This document shows positions 36,190 to 49,450 of a DNA stretch of 64,000 nt, in pieces. The notes under the pieces were generated by a model, which saw only the letters and a program-made list of their open reading frames with translations, did no database searches and had not been told where the DNA came from. A program made the translations under genes and the position numbers. Source of the DNA: Hemiscyllium ocellatum (taxonomy: Eukaryota); the NCBI RefSeq assembly GCF_020745735.1, contig NW_026867453.1, forward strand, positions 62,001-126,000, written 5' to 3'. Positions within the stretch are counted from its first letter, which is position 1, and every line of letters starts with the position of its first letter.

Positions 36190-37240
36190 TCTAAGCTCCA
36201 GGCCCTCACAGCAGGAGGTCCTCAAGATTGTGTCCTAGCCCTAACTATCTTTAGGGACTGTATAACTGACCTTCCCTCAGGCAGAATGTCATGAGTCCGA
36301 GGATTCGTTAATACTCGCACAATGTTCAGCAGCATTCTTCCCTCCTCAGATACTGAAGCTCTCCATGTGGCTCTGCAGCAAGATCCTGGCAACTTCCAGG
36401 CCCGGGCTGACAAATAACAATGAATATTCGGCCACACAAGTACAAAACAATTACTATCTTCAATCATCTAAATAATGCCTTTTGACATTCAATGGCTTTG
36501 CTGTTCCTGAATCCCCTAAGATCAACAACCTGGGAGTTACATTGAGCTGAAAATGAAACGGATTTACAATGTGGCTATAAGAGGAGGTCAGGGGGCAAGG
36601 TCAGTGCAGTGAGGGATGTACCTCATGGCTCCAAAAGCCTCTCCACCATCTCCAAGGCACACGTCAGGGGTGTGATGGAATATTCCCCACTTGCCTGGAT
36701 GGAAATATCTCCAAGATCCCTCAGGAAATGGGATCCCAGCATGACCAAGCAGCCATAGAAAAGCACAATGTTGCAGACACCCAAAATCCGAAATGAAATC
36801 AGAAAGTGCAGGAGAAATTCAGCAAACCTGGTAACACCTGTGGAGAGAAATATCGAGTTAACCTTTGGAGTCCAATATAATTCTTCTTCAGAACAGTGCT
36901 GATCAGGAGTCATGTTGGACTAGAAACATTCATTCTCTTTCTCTCTTCACAGTTACAACAGACCTGCTGAGTTTTTCCAACATTTTCTCTTTTACGATGA
37001 AGTTACCAGTTTGATTGGCACCACATCTACAAACATTCAGTCCATCCACAACCAGCGTTCAGTAGCAGCATTGAGTGTCATTGACAATAAGCAACAATGC
37101 TCCGTAGACATCATCTTCAACATCTATGGCCACTACCTTCCTAAAGACAAAGGCAGTAGATGCATGAGAACACCATGACCTGCATGTTCCCTTCCAAACC
37201 ACTCACAATCCTGACTTGGATTATATTCCTTCAGTAAAGT
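36190..37240 (+). mobile_element. Decayed RTE-X/L2-like LINE RT and 3' end, with an inserted Penelope terminus (~36780-36990)
   Basis: PQD.VL..TIF...I.DLP...QQD..N.QARADK-like residues, and a 3' end ...catgttcccttccaaaccactcacaatcctgacttgg that is also seen at 57980 and (minus) 62400. Confidence 0.55.
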
Positions 37241-37384
37241 TGCTTTAGTCCCAGTGAACCATAGGGCTGCTCTCTCAGAGACACAGTTGGTCGTGAGTTT
37301 AACCAGTGGAGGGGCGGGATTGAGAAGGTGGGAATTTCATGGTGATCTCAGCCAGTGTAGGGATTGAACTTGTGCTGTTAACAT

Positions 37385-38450
37385 AAAACCTAGAACAGTA
37401 CAGCACAGGGCAGGCCTTCAGCCCTTGATGTAGTGCCGACTTTTTTTCCACCCTAAGTTCAAACTAAGTGACATACTTTCATTGTTCTATCTTCTATGTG
37501 TCTCTACAAGAGTCGGTTAAATGTCCCTAATGTCTCTGACTCTATTCCCACCGCTGGCAGTGCATTCCACACACCCACCACACTCTGTGTAAAGAATCGA
37601 CCTCTAACATCTCCCCTAATCCTTCCTCTATTACCTTAAAATGATTCACCCTTGTGATAGCCATTTCCACCTTGGGAAAAAGTCTCTGGCTAGCCACTCT
37701 TTCATTGCCTCTCATCATCTTGCACAACTCTATCATCCTTCTTTGCTCAAATAAGAAAAGCCCTAGCTCCCTCAACATTTCTTCATAAGACATGCCCTCC
37801 AGTTCAGGCATGCATCCTGATAAATCTTCACTGCACCCTTTCCAGAAACTTCCATATCCTTCTCATCATGAGTCGACCAGAACTGAACACAATATTCCAA
37901 GTATGTTCTAACCAGGGATGTGTAGAGCTGCAGCACAACCTCATGGCTCTTAAACTCAATCCCCCTGCTAATGAAAGCAAACACACCATCCAGCTTCTTA
38001 ACAACCCAACAACGTGGGTGACAACTTTGAGGGATCTATGGACACAGAACCCAAGCTCCTTCTGTTCCTGCCAAGAATCCTGCCTTTAACCCTGTATTCT
38101 ATATTCAATATTGACTTCCAAAATGAATCATCTCACACTTTTCCAGGTTGAACTCCATCTGCCACTTATCAGCCCAGCTCTGCATCCTGGTAATGCCCCA
38201 TTGCAACCTACCACAGCCCTCCATACTGTTCACCATTGCACCAACCTGCATGTCATCAGCAAACTTGCTAATCCACCCTCCCACTTCCTCATCCAGATCG
38301 TTTACAAAAATCACAAAGAGCAAAGGTCTCAGAATGGATCCCTGTGGAGCACCATTGTTCACCAAGCTCCAAGCTGAATACTTCCCATTTCCCACCAGCC
38401 TCTGTCTTCCATGGGCCAGCCAATTCTGTATCCAGATCGCCAAGGGGATT
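37385..38450 (-). mobile_element. CR1 LINE RT and 3' part
   Basis: APQGSILRPLLFVIFVNDLD...SKFADD, and LYTSLVRTYLEYCVQFWS. Confidence 0.87.
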
Positions 38451-38649
38451 TCAGCAGCTTTGAGACACGTCTTTGAAACTTGTTCTGTGCCTGTCCATGG
38501 AATGCCTGTGTTAGTAACTCTCTGCTGACCATGCGTTCAGTAACATGAGGGTTCCCCTCGACGGTATTGATTTAGACCAGGCTTCTAACTTTGAGTTGAG
38601 AGGTATTTGATTTAATTATACTTTCCTCAAGATTGTGTTCTCAAATCAT

Positions 38650-38965
38650 AAAACCCCTTCAGTGTGGAAGCAGGCCATTCAGTCCATCAAGTCCACACTG
38701 ACCCTCTGAAGAATAGGCCACCACCCCTAAACCTGCAACCCTGCATGTCCCATAGCAAATCCACTGAGCCTGCACATCCCTGACACGATAAGCAATATAG
38801 TGTGGCCAATCCACTTAACTCACACATCTATGGACTGTGGTAGGAAATCCACACAGACACAGGGAGAATGTGCAAACCCCACCCAGACAGTCCCCAAGGG
38901 TGGACTAGAACCTGGGTTCCTGGTGCTGTGAAGCAGCAGTGCTACTACTGAGCCACCATGCCACT
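38650..38965 (-). mobile_element. V-SINE (HE1-like)
   Basis: Head ggagtggcatggtggctcagtagtagcactgctgc on the minus strand, with the central domain. Confidence 0.8.
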
Positions 38966-39169
38966 CCAAAGCTGCAGTGAACATTCAGGCAGACCAGAGG
39001 ATTTAGTGACCCACTCCTGATAAGTCATGGTGACTGTAGTTACAGCATCTGGATCTGTAACCTGACCAACAAAGCAGAAGCTGGAGAGAGAGGAAACTCT
39101 GTAAAATAGAATGAGGAGTCACAATCAGATCAGCCAAGATTTTATTGATTGGCCCACTCCTGCAACTCA

Positions 39170-42100
39170 TTCCTATATTTCTGTTTGGAAGAAGCCAACT
39201 ACCTTTCTCTGCCAGGATAACATGCAGGTCAGGAGTGAGTCAACTTCTTCCGTTCCTGGGGAACAGGAGCCTGCGGGCTCATGAGCCTCCAGATTTCCCT
39301 GTGTACCAGTCTTGGTAAGATATAGAATATACACAGATCCCTCCAAAGTGCAAACGGCAAAAGGAAAAGGTGACTCACGATGGTTAACAAACGCAGTTAA
39401 AGGAGGATATCCCTGAGATTGCTCAGATGGTGGGGCACCGCAGTACAAGGGAGGGTCTGTGGAATGGGCCCAATCTTGAATTCTGGATGGACAGGAAGTT
39501 AGAAGTTCTTCGGGAAGCCCACCACATGCCTGAGTCACCTCGAGTGTGTATGAGGTGTCACGGCCGAGTGCCTTGTCTGGAGGTTATGGATAGCTCGGAT
39601 CGTGAACTGGAGATGGACTGATGCCTTTGCAGTCAGTTGTGCCGGCGTTAACAGGCCTGCTCCTCTGCTGTCCAACCCTGCACCCCAAGTTCTTTCCTCC
39701 CTCAGCCAGCACAATCCATGTTCAAGGAGGAACCTGTTCCCGAGCAGCGGTTCCCTGATGAGAGCCGATACTGCCATAGAGGGAGAGCTCCGGTGTGAGC
39801 CAACTGTATCCCAGACTGTGATCAGGTCCAGGTAGAAGACAGGCAATTCCTGGAACAAGACCCAAGTCTGGGACCACTGCTCGGAAAGGAACTACATGTC
39901 CTAACAGAGGCCGCACACCTGTCAGAAGAAATACATGATCAGGGCCCACCATCTTGGAGGAGGCTCGATGTGAAGGTATCGCTGCAGGGTCTGAAGGTGG
40001 AAAGTTATGGGTACAAACTCACACCAGCGCCTGAACACCCTCCTCAAGCAGGAGACCCAGAACCGCAGCAGTGACCTGGTGTTACCCCCTAGGCCCAGAA
40101 AATCCCCAGTGAGATTTATCTGTATGGGGTGGGTGACAAAGCTAGGGGGAGGGGCCAATGTGACCAGCCGGTACCCAACATGGCAGCCACCAGCTGGTTT
40201 CTGGCCATCACTCATGCCCTGTAAGACAACATTCAGAGCAGTCCTGTCTTCTGTGCTGGGCGAGTGGTTACCTGGGTCACCAACATGGGCCAATTTGCCA
40301 GCCAGGATTCCTCAGCTGGCCAATGAAAGACTCCCAGGTCGAGGAGGTGAGTGGTAATTCCCCCTGAAGCACCGGAGCTCATCTGGCAGGGCGTCCATCT
40401 GTTACAGTCCGACCAAATGGTCCAAGCGCCTTGCTCCAGGTGATCCTTGCAGAGGACATTGCTGAGTGGACCTCCTTGCACTTTCCCATCCTCTGCAGCT
40501 CTGTGAACATGAGGAGTGAAACATCGGTGTACACCAAGAAAACCCAGCTCGAGCCCCAGCCCATGCAGAGCCATACCTGAAAGCAGCTTAATGTAAACTA
40601 TACAGGAGTGGGACCATGCAGAGAGAGGAAAACCGGCCTATACAGGGGACAGGCCTGACCCACTGCTCTCCCAAAGCACAAGGCTACCTTCGGGGACCTG
40701 TTAACCTTTCCCGGACACTCTGCGGCAGTGTACAGAGTCAGGTCTGAGTGACCTGCACATTCCGAACATAAAAGCTCACAGTGTCCTGAGCAGATACTCT
40801 CGATCCACTCTGTTAAACATCTTTCCCTGATCAAAGGAGAAAAATACGCAACAGGCCAATCCTTTGGGAATAATCGATCACATTCCGTCCCAAGAAGATG
40901 TTATTGTGGATGATCCAGATCTTTAACAAACAGAGGTCCCCTTCTTAGATAACAGACTGGTGGTGACCCTGCCCCAAGAAAGGACCATACCTCCAGGACT
41001 CACACATTTTCACCTCCACCCCACCCCCCCAGGACATCCCAGAATGCCCTGAGGAACTTCCCGCCAGCCCCTGGGGTCCTGTTTCTGTAAAAATGCTGGA
41101 GGGCACCGGTTAGTTCCTCCAAGCTCTGAGGGGCATTGAGTTTCTTGGCACCATTACAGCTGACCTGCGGCAGGTTGTCCCACAGAACCTTGTCAGCTTC
41201 CTCGCTGGACAGATCTGGAGAGAACAGAGCAGGAATAGACCCTGACTTGGGCCCTGATGCCACTTCTATCTGAGACAAGGGATCATCAGCAGTTAGCAGC
41301 ACAAGGAGCTGCTGGTGGAGCCCATGCCTTTTTTCCAGCGAGTAGAAGAAATGGGAGCCGCGGTCAAGATCCCAATGGAACTGGATTCACGAACTCATGT
41401 ACGCACTCCAGGACCCAAAGGGATCCAGACCCGGGGGCACAGCCTTCTGCTCTTCATGCACCATCCCATAGGGCCAGGTCCATGTCCGGCTGACCGCAAC
41501 ATAACTCTGGATCAAACACCTCCTTCTCCAACTCCATGATCCTGGATTTCCAACTTTTCATTGACACCCATGTGTCCCCCTGACAGAAGACATGGATGTG
41601 AGTCTTGCTGACATCCCTCAAGGAGGGGAAGCTCCCCCTGCTTCCCTCTCCAGCCAGTCCTGAAGTAGCAAATCAAGTCCCAGAACAGCTTGTGCCCCAA
41701 CAGCAGGGTGTTGAAGTGTCAATACCCCGACCTCGCCCAGGTATGGAACGGACTGAGCTCCACTCGCACCAGGTTGTCACTGGAGATCACCTCCTGACAC
41801 ATCGAGGCCTTCAGAACACAGAAGGTGTACGCCCTGAAAATGTACAGATGGTCAGTCCTGGACACTCCAACCCCAGGCCTCACAAAGTTGATGGCAATGG
41901 AATCCAGTGTACATTTCACCAGGCATCTACCAAGTCTCTCAACTTGCCCATCGATGCTGAGCTCTTCTGGGTATCTCCATGGCCCCTCCTCCTGAGAGGG
42001 CAATTTAAATGTTCCCTGAGAAGGATGGGCTCCCCCTCACTGATGGAAGGAAGAAGACTAGATGCTTCCTTGTCCTAAATGCTCATGCACCATCTAAGCT

Positions 42101-42620
42101 GCAGATACCTTCATGAAGTGAATCATTGAGCCTCTGGAATGAACCGTGAGTTGGAGCAGATGGCTGGGTCACCTTGACCCTCAAGATCTCCAGCTGGGAA
42201 AAGAGGCCAACAAGATAGCCAGCCCTCCAGAATTGGAGGCCAGTGACTCAGGAAGACCCTTCCCTGCCACTCCAGGAGCCATGTAGCTTTGTCTCCTGAT
42301 GCAGTCAGGATTTATTGCAGGAGGCTCACTGTGTAGATTCATTCCCTGAGGAGCGAAGGATATGATATCTGCGCTCGGCCTTCCTGCTGCCTTTGACGTT
42401 GAGGCTAGCTATGAATGGGTTACCAGCAACAACAAAAGAATGAGAACTAACTTACTGAGTGGGGGAGGGACTCTTTTCCCCCTCCACACACAGAGGGCAC
42501 TGCAAATGGAGGAACCATCTGCTCACTCACTGATCATGATTGGTCGCTTGGGTGTTGGCAGCGGTCTTCAAGGCAGACCAGTTCCTCCAGAGTAGTCCCA
42601 CCTCCTTGCAGGCATGACAC
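39170..42620 (-). mobile_element. Tx1/L1-clade non-LTR retrotransposon ORF2 remnant
   Basis: Minus-strand pieces YTVSLLQ..KATWLLEWQG (APE start), SRTDHLYI...SDN (APE end), LFSPDLSSEEADKVLWDNLPQVS...LEELTGAL...FLRAFWDVLG (linker/RT), and DQGK.FNRVD..YL (RT). Many frameshifts. Confidence 0.75.
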
Positions 42621-42629
42621 CGCACAGCC

Positions 42630-45100
42630 TTTGTTTCAGAAAGATTATAAGGAGAACTATCGAACCTGTGAGACTGACATCTGTTGTGGTTAAATTGTTG
42701 GAGGTGAGCTTAAAAACTAAGATTTTTGGATATTTATGGAGGCAGAATTTGATTCAGGATAGTTGGCATCCTTTTGTATGAGGAAAACTGTGTCTTGCAA
42801 ATGTAATTAAGTTTTTTGAAGAAGTTATCTAAAAGGTGGATGAGGGCAGAGCAGTAGATGTTGTTTACATGGACTTTAGTAAAGTTTTTGACCAGGTTCC
42901 ACAAAGTAGACTAATTAGTGAAGTTCGATCACATGGGATTCAGAGTGATCTTGCCACTTGGTTACAAAACTGGATTAACGTCAGGAGACAGAGTAACGGC
43001 AGAGGATTGTTCACCCATAGAGGGCAGTATGTCAGGAGTCTGCGCTCTGTTGTTGCCGTCCTTGGAAAATAGATGCTGAGTTGTTGCAACTGACAGTAGA
43101 CCGGATTGAAATGGTCCAAATAAAATGTTGCTTCATCTGGAAGGTGTGCTCTGGGCTTTGGATAGTGAGGAGGGAAGAGGTGAATAGGTAAGTGTTGCAG
43201 CTTCTGTAATTGCATGGGAAGGTGCCATGGGGGAGTGGGGAAGTGTTCGGGGTGATGGAGGGTGTCTCTGAGGGAACGGACCTTATGAAAAAGAACAAAG
43301 ATCAAAGAACAAAGAAAAGTTACAATCCAGGAACAGGCCCTTCAGCCCTCCAAGCCTGAGCCAATCCAAATGTACTGTCTAAACCTGTCGCTCAATTCCT
43401 AAGCATCTGTATCCCTCTGCTCCCCACCTACTCATGCATCTGTCCAGACACATCTTAAATGAATCTATCGTGCCTGCCTCTACCACCTCTGCTAGCAACG
43501 CGTTCCAAACGCCCACCACCCTCTGTGTGAAGTACTTCCCCCCTGTATCCCCTTTAAATGTTTCACCTTTCACCTTCAAAGCTTGACCTCTCATTATTGA
43601 ATCCTTCACCCTGGGATAAAGCTTGTCTCTATCCACCCTGTCTGTACCCTTCACGATTTTGTAAACCTCAATCAAATCCCCCCTCAATCTCCTTCTTTCT
43701 AATGAAAACAGACCTAACCTACTCAACCTCCCTTCATAGCTCGCACCTTCCATCCCAGGCAACATCCTCATAAACCTTCTTTGCACCCTGTCCAAAGCAT
43801 CCTCATCCTTTTGGTAATGTGGCGACCAGAACTGTACACAGTATTCTAAATGTGGCCAAACCAATGTCTTGTACAATTTTAACATGACTTGTCAGCTCTG
43901 ATACTCAATACCCCATCCAATGAAGACAAGCATTCTGTCTGTCTTCTTGACCAGTATATCCACCTGTGCAGCAACCTTCAGGGTACAATGACCTGCACTC
44001 CCAGATCTCTCTGCCCATCAACTTTTCCCAAGGGTCTTCCATTCATTGTATAATTCACTCTAGAATTAGACTTACCTAAATACATCACCTCATTGAACGC
44101 TATCTGCCACTTTTCCACCCGACTCTCCAATCTATCTATACCTTCCTGTATTGTCTGACAGTCCCTTATGCTTTCTGCTACTCCACCAATCTTCGTGTCA
44201 TCTGCAAACTTGATGATCAGACCAACAGTGCCCTCTTCCAGATCATTTATGTATATCACAAACAACAATGGCCCCAAACACTGACACCTGTGGACCACCA
44301 CTGGTCACCTTTCTCCATTTCGAGAAACTCCCTTCAACTACTACTCTCTGTCTCCTGTTGCTCAACCAGTTCTTTATCCACCTAGCTAGAACACCCTGCA
44401 CACCATGTGACTTCACTTTCTCTGTTAGTTTACCATAGGGAACCTTATCAAACATCTTACTAAAGTCCATGTATATGACATGAACTGCCCTTCCTTCACC
44501 TGTCAACTTGGTCACTTCCTCAAGTAACTCTATTAAGTTGGTAAGGCACGATCTCCCTTGCATAAAACCATGTTGCCTATCACTGATGAGCCCATTCTTT
44601 TCTAAATATAAATAGATCCTAACCCCTAGATCTTCTCCAGAAACTTTCCCACCACTGACGTCAGGCTCACTGGTTCGTAGTTACCTGGAATATCCTTACT
44701 ACCCTTCTTGTACAGGGGGACAACATGAACAACCTTCCAGCCCTCTGGCACCTCACCTGTGTTTAAGAATGCTGACAAGGGATGAGAGGGGACAATGTGT
44801 TTGATGGTGCTGTCCTGCAGGAGGTGGTGGAAGTGGCTGGGGATGATTGTGTGAATGTGGAAGTGAGTGCAGTGGAAAGTGAGGACAAGGGAATCTCCAT
44901 CATTGTTCTGGAAAGGAGGTGAAGGGGTGAGGGTATAAGCACAGGAGGTGGGTCCGTCACAGATGAAAGTCCTGTCCACCAGAGTTGGGGCGGGGGAGGA
45001 TTTCTCATTTGAGGGAAAGCGAAGCCATGTCAGAGGTTTCCCACTGGAATGTGGCATCATCAAACAGAAATAACAGAGAGACAGGGAAACTGGGAGAATG
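42630..45100. mobile_element. Nested elements: CR1 (+, 42630-43030), Penelope (-, 43060-43300 and 44764-45100), split by a CR1 (-, ~43303-44763)
   Basis: The PLE sequence gggaacggaccttatgaa...|...aagaatgctgacaaggga continues across a CR1 with a (gaacaaa)n tail and ORF MLKLYKTLVWPHLEYCVQFWSPH. Confidence 0.8.
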
Positions 45101-45639
45101 GAGTTACTCTCGGCTGATCATGTGTTCGGGCCACATGGAGAAGATCTTCTTGAAAGATTGAAAAGAATCAAGCATTTTCATTGCAGATTTTGTCTTACAT
45201 CTAACCTAAAGCGGGATGTAAAAATATAGGGTCAGACACTTAAATAGATATTTCATAATGCTCAGCAATGATTGTTTCTGTTCAAAAAGAAGGACTCAAT
45301 AAGAAGATGAACAACCCACAGTTTAAAGATTCTGTCAAGGAGAGTATTCAATCACAAACTAGAAAATTCAAACTGGCAAGAACTAGTGTAGGCCCGATTT
45401 GGAATGCTTATTTTCGGAATAAGAGGCAGATTGTATAAAATGAAAAACAAGAAAAATGTTATGAAAATAAGTTGGCATGAAATCTCAAAACAAGTAGCAA
45501 GCATTTCTCTGTGTATACAAGAAGATAGTTCAAGATGGGTGTGTGATCCTTCGAAGAAAGAAAGTCAGGCAAGTCCACGTCTCCATTTTGCCAGAGCTGT
45601 GAGGTGAGAAGGAGTGGTGAAGAAAGGGCTGCTGAGAAG

Positions 45640-48190
45640 GGTGAGTTTTCCCGCATTAAAAGGGACTTACCTCGGGAGTTGGACCTTCATTTGCGGAGAG
45701 TTGTGAGGGAGGAGCGAAGGACTTCTAGGATGTCATATATTTGTGTGGTTGCGTTGCCCATAACACTATTCGGGTAGTGTCTTCCACCCATCCTCCTCCT
45801 CTAACCAAAAAAAAAGGTTCTGTGCGCCAAATTGGTAAGGTAACAAGTTTATTTTTTATTCCTTATTTTTCAACAGTTTCTTTGGGAATTTAGAATCATG
45901 GAAATGGAGGAGAGGGCAGTTGAATGTTCCTCCTGCAGAATGCGGGAGGTAAAGGTCACCACTAGTGTCCCTGCTGACCACATCTGCGGGAGGTGCACTC
46001 AACTCCAGCTCCTTGAAAACCACGTTAGGGAACTGGAGCTGGAGCTGGATGAAGTTCAGATCATTCTGGAGGCAGAGGGAGTTACAGGGAGGTAGTCACA
46101 CCTCAGGTACAAGAAAAAGGCAGATGGGTTACAGTCAGGGGACGGAAAGGGAACTGGCAGGCAGTGCAGGGATCCCCTGTGGCCATTCTCCTCGACAATA
46201 AGTATACCATTTTGGATATTGTTTGGGGGGATGACTTACCAGGGGAAAGCAGTGGGGCACAGGCTCTGGCACAGAGTCTGTCCCTGCTGCTCAGAAGGGA
46301 AGGGGAAAGAGGAGCAGAGCAGTAGTCATTGGGGACTCTATAGTTAGGGGGACAGATGGGAGGTTCTGTGGGGGTGAGAGAGATCACGGTTGGTGTGTTG
46401 CCTCCCAGGTGCCAGGGTTCGTGATGTCTCTGATCGTGTTTTTGGGATCCTTAAGGGGGATCCTTAACAGCCCCAAGTCATGATCCACATTGGCACCAAT
46501 GACATAGGTAGGAAGAGAGATGGAGATTGAAGGCAGAAATTTAGGGAGCTAGGATGGAAGCTTAGAGCTTGGACGAACTAGTTGTTGTCTCTGGTTTGTT
46601 GCCCGTGCTGTGTGCTAGTGAGGCAAGGAATAGGGAGAGAGAGGAGTTGAACACGTGGCTACAGGGATGGTGCAGGAGGGAGGGTTTTGGATTCTTGAAT
46701 AATTGGGGCTCTTTCTGGGGTAGGTGGGACCTCTACAAGCAGGATGGTCTTCATCTGCACCAGAGGGGTACCAATATCCTGGGAAGGGAAATTTGCTAAG
46801 GTTATTGGGGTGGGTTTAAACTAATCCAGCAGGGGGATTGGAACCATAATTGTATATAGAACATAGAACATAGAACAATACAGCACAGAACAGGCCCTTC
46901 GGCCCACGATGTTGTGTCGAACATCTATCCTAGATTAAGCACCCATCCATGTATCTATCCAATTGCCGCTTAAAGGTCGCCAATGATTCTGACTCTACCA
47001 CTCCCACGGGCAGCGCATTCCATGCCCCCACCACTCTCTGGGTAAAGAACCCACCCCTGACATCTCCCCTATACCTTCCACCCTTCACCTTAAATTTATG
47101 TCCCCTAGTAACACTCTGTTGTACGCGGGGAAAAAGTTTCTGACTGTCTACTCTATCTATTCCTCTGATCATCTTATAAACCTCTATCAAGTCACCCCTC
47201 ATCCTTTGCCGTTCCAACGAGAAAAGGCCGAGAACTCTCAACCTATCCTCATACGACCTATTCTCCATTCCAGGCAACATCCTGGTAAATCTTCTCTGCA
47301 CCCTCTCCAAGTATAAGTTCAAGTATAGAAGATGTTAAGAGTAGGGAGGTCCGATATCAAGTTTCAGGGACACAAGATGGCCCGGCAAGCAAGAAGTTGG
47401 TTTGAAGTGTGTCTACTTCAATACCAAGAGCATTGCCACCAGGTATTACATTGTGGTAATATAAACAAGGACAGGAGTTAACGATAGTGCCCTGGGTGGT
47501 GTGGGAGAGCAGAGAGAGACCTCAGGGTTCAGGGACATACTTCTTTGAAATTTGTATCCCAGTCAGACAGGGTGGTTAAGAAGGTGTTTAGCATGCTTGC
47601 CTTCATTGCTCAGACCTTTGAGTATAGGAGTTCTGACATTATATTGAACTTGTACAGGACAGTGATGAGGCCTCTTCTGGATTAATGTGTGCAATTCTCA
47701 TCGCCCTGTTATGGGAAGGATATTATTAAAGTGGAGAGGGTTCAGTAAAGGTTTACGAAGATGTTGTCAGGAAGAGAGGGTTTGAGATATAGACATGGGC
47801 TGTTGCATTGGAGGGTGAGGGGTAACCTTATTGATGTTTAAACAATCATGAGGAGCACAGACAAGATGAATGATAAGGGTCTTTTCCCTTGGGTGGGGAG
47901 TTCAAACCTGGAGGGTATATTTTTAAGGTGAGAGGAGAAAGATTGAAAAAGGACATGAGGGGCAATGTTTTTAGAATTTTGGATGTGGAATGAACTATCA
48001 GAGGAAATGGTGGATGTAGATACAGTTACAATGTTTAAAATACATTTGGACAAGTTCACGAATAGGAAAGGTTTGGAGGGATATGGGCCCAGCGCAGCAG
48101 GTGGGAATAGTTTAGTTTTGGAACATGGTCAGTGTGGCCTGGTTGGTCCGAAGGGTCTGTCCCTGTGTTGTATGACTCAATGACTCCATG
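45640..48190 (+). mobile_element. CR1 LINE retaining 5' UTR and ORF1 (zinc finger/coiled coil plus esterase), with ORF2 largely deleted
   Basis: MEERAVECSSCRMREV...HICGRCTQLQLLENHVRELELEL, RAVVIGDSIVRG and WLQGWCRREGFGF...DGLHL. The ORF2 start LKCVYFNT (~47400) jumps directly to the 3' region. Confidence 0.85.
46857..47310 (-). mobile_element. Young 5'-truncated CR1 copy nested in the previous element, with a GTATA target-site duplication
   Basis: Uninterrupted ERVQRRFTRMLPG...DRYMDGCLI, (tagaaca)x3 tail, GTATA at 46852-46856 and 47311-47315. Confidence 0.85.
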
Positions 48191-48534
48191 ACATTATGGT
48201 ACGCAGTCAAAGCACACGTTAGTCTCTGCACACGCTCACTTCGCCCTCCAGCTCATGGGCTGGGACACAGCACGGGGAAAGGTATTGTTGATGGATGGAG
48301 ATACCGAGGGCTTTTATGTACAGTGGGTGTATAATGGAGGAACGACAGATCAGGAACTACAGAGGGACAGATCAGGATTGATGAAGCTGCACAAGGGAGG
48401 GCAATTAGACAGGGGCCATGGAGGGGGACAGGGGCTAAATGTGCGGTGGGCGGGGGACGGGGGGTGCGGGATTGTCCAATATTGAAGAGGGGCAGGTGCA
48501 GATTCCATCTCAGGATTGAACAACAGAACCAGGG

Positions 48535-48800
48535 AAGGAAACGAGGAGAGGAAAGAGAGAGAGAAATGAGAGAAGAAGCAAGAGAATGGGAAAGAACACA
48601 GATAAAGGTGGGAAAAAGAGACAGGAGAGAAAAATACAAAAGAAGAGGCTGTCAGTAAGATAGAGAGAGCGAGAGAGAGAGAGAGAGATAGTGTGAGAGA
48701 GAAAGATTGAGAGGGAGAGAGAGATGTTGTGTGATACAGACAGAGGGTGAGAGACAGAGGCAAAGAGAGAGATAGGGAGAGAAAAGAGGAAAAATCAGAC
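48535..48800. repeat. GA-rich low-complexity/microsatellite tract
   Basis: (GA)n-rich polypurine run. Confidence 0.9.
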
Positions 48801-49029
48801 AGATATAAACACGTGCTAAGGAAAGATATGGTGCGATTTAACAATTGATATTCACCATTCCAGTTGGTCTAAGCTCTTGCGATGGTCTCTCACACTCTTT
48901 CTCACCCATTCAGGACAGACTCTGCTCCAGGGGCTTGCTTTTGAGATTCAACCATTCCCCACACTCTCACACTCAGAGACAGACTGAAACCGACAGATAC
49001 TCACTCCCTGCTCAGTGTACACAGTGAAC

Positions 49030-49450
49030 GTTGAGTAGGTTAGGATAGTTTTCATTAGAAAAAAGGAGATTGAGGGGAGACCTGATTGAGGTCTACAAAA
49101 TCATGACAGGTATAGACAGGGTAGACAGAGATAAGCTTTTTCCCAGAGTGAAGGATTTAACAACGAGAAGTCACACTTTCAAAGTGAGAGGTGAAAAGTT
49201 AAATAGGGATATATGCAGCAAGGACTTCACACAGAGAGTGGTGGGTGTTGCGAGCAGAGGGAGTAGAGGCAGGCACAGTAGGTTCATTGAAGATGCGTCT
49301 GGACAGATGCATGAATAGGTGGGGAGTAGAGGGAGAGAGATGCTTAGGAAATGAGCGACAGGTTTAGACGGAGGCTTTGGATCAGCTCAGGCTTGGAGGG
49401 CCAAAGGGCCTGTTCCTGGGCTGGAAATGTTTTTGTTCTTTGTTCTTTGA
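49030..49450 (+). mobile_element. CR1 3' fragment
   Basis: RGDLIEVYKIMTGIDRVDRDKLFP, with a (ttcttt)n tail. Confidence 0.85.

Noticed and set aside
45745-45815. Hairpin ACACTA-TTCGGG-TAGTGT in the CR1 5' UTR as an HDV-like ribozyme
   Set aside because: I could not assemble the nested double pseudoknot (P1/P1.1/P2/P3 and catalytic C) by eye.
48430-48490. GC box plus CCAAT as a promoter
   Set aside because: No associated exon or ORF could be supported nearby.
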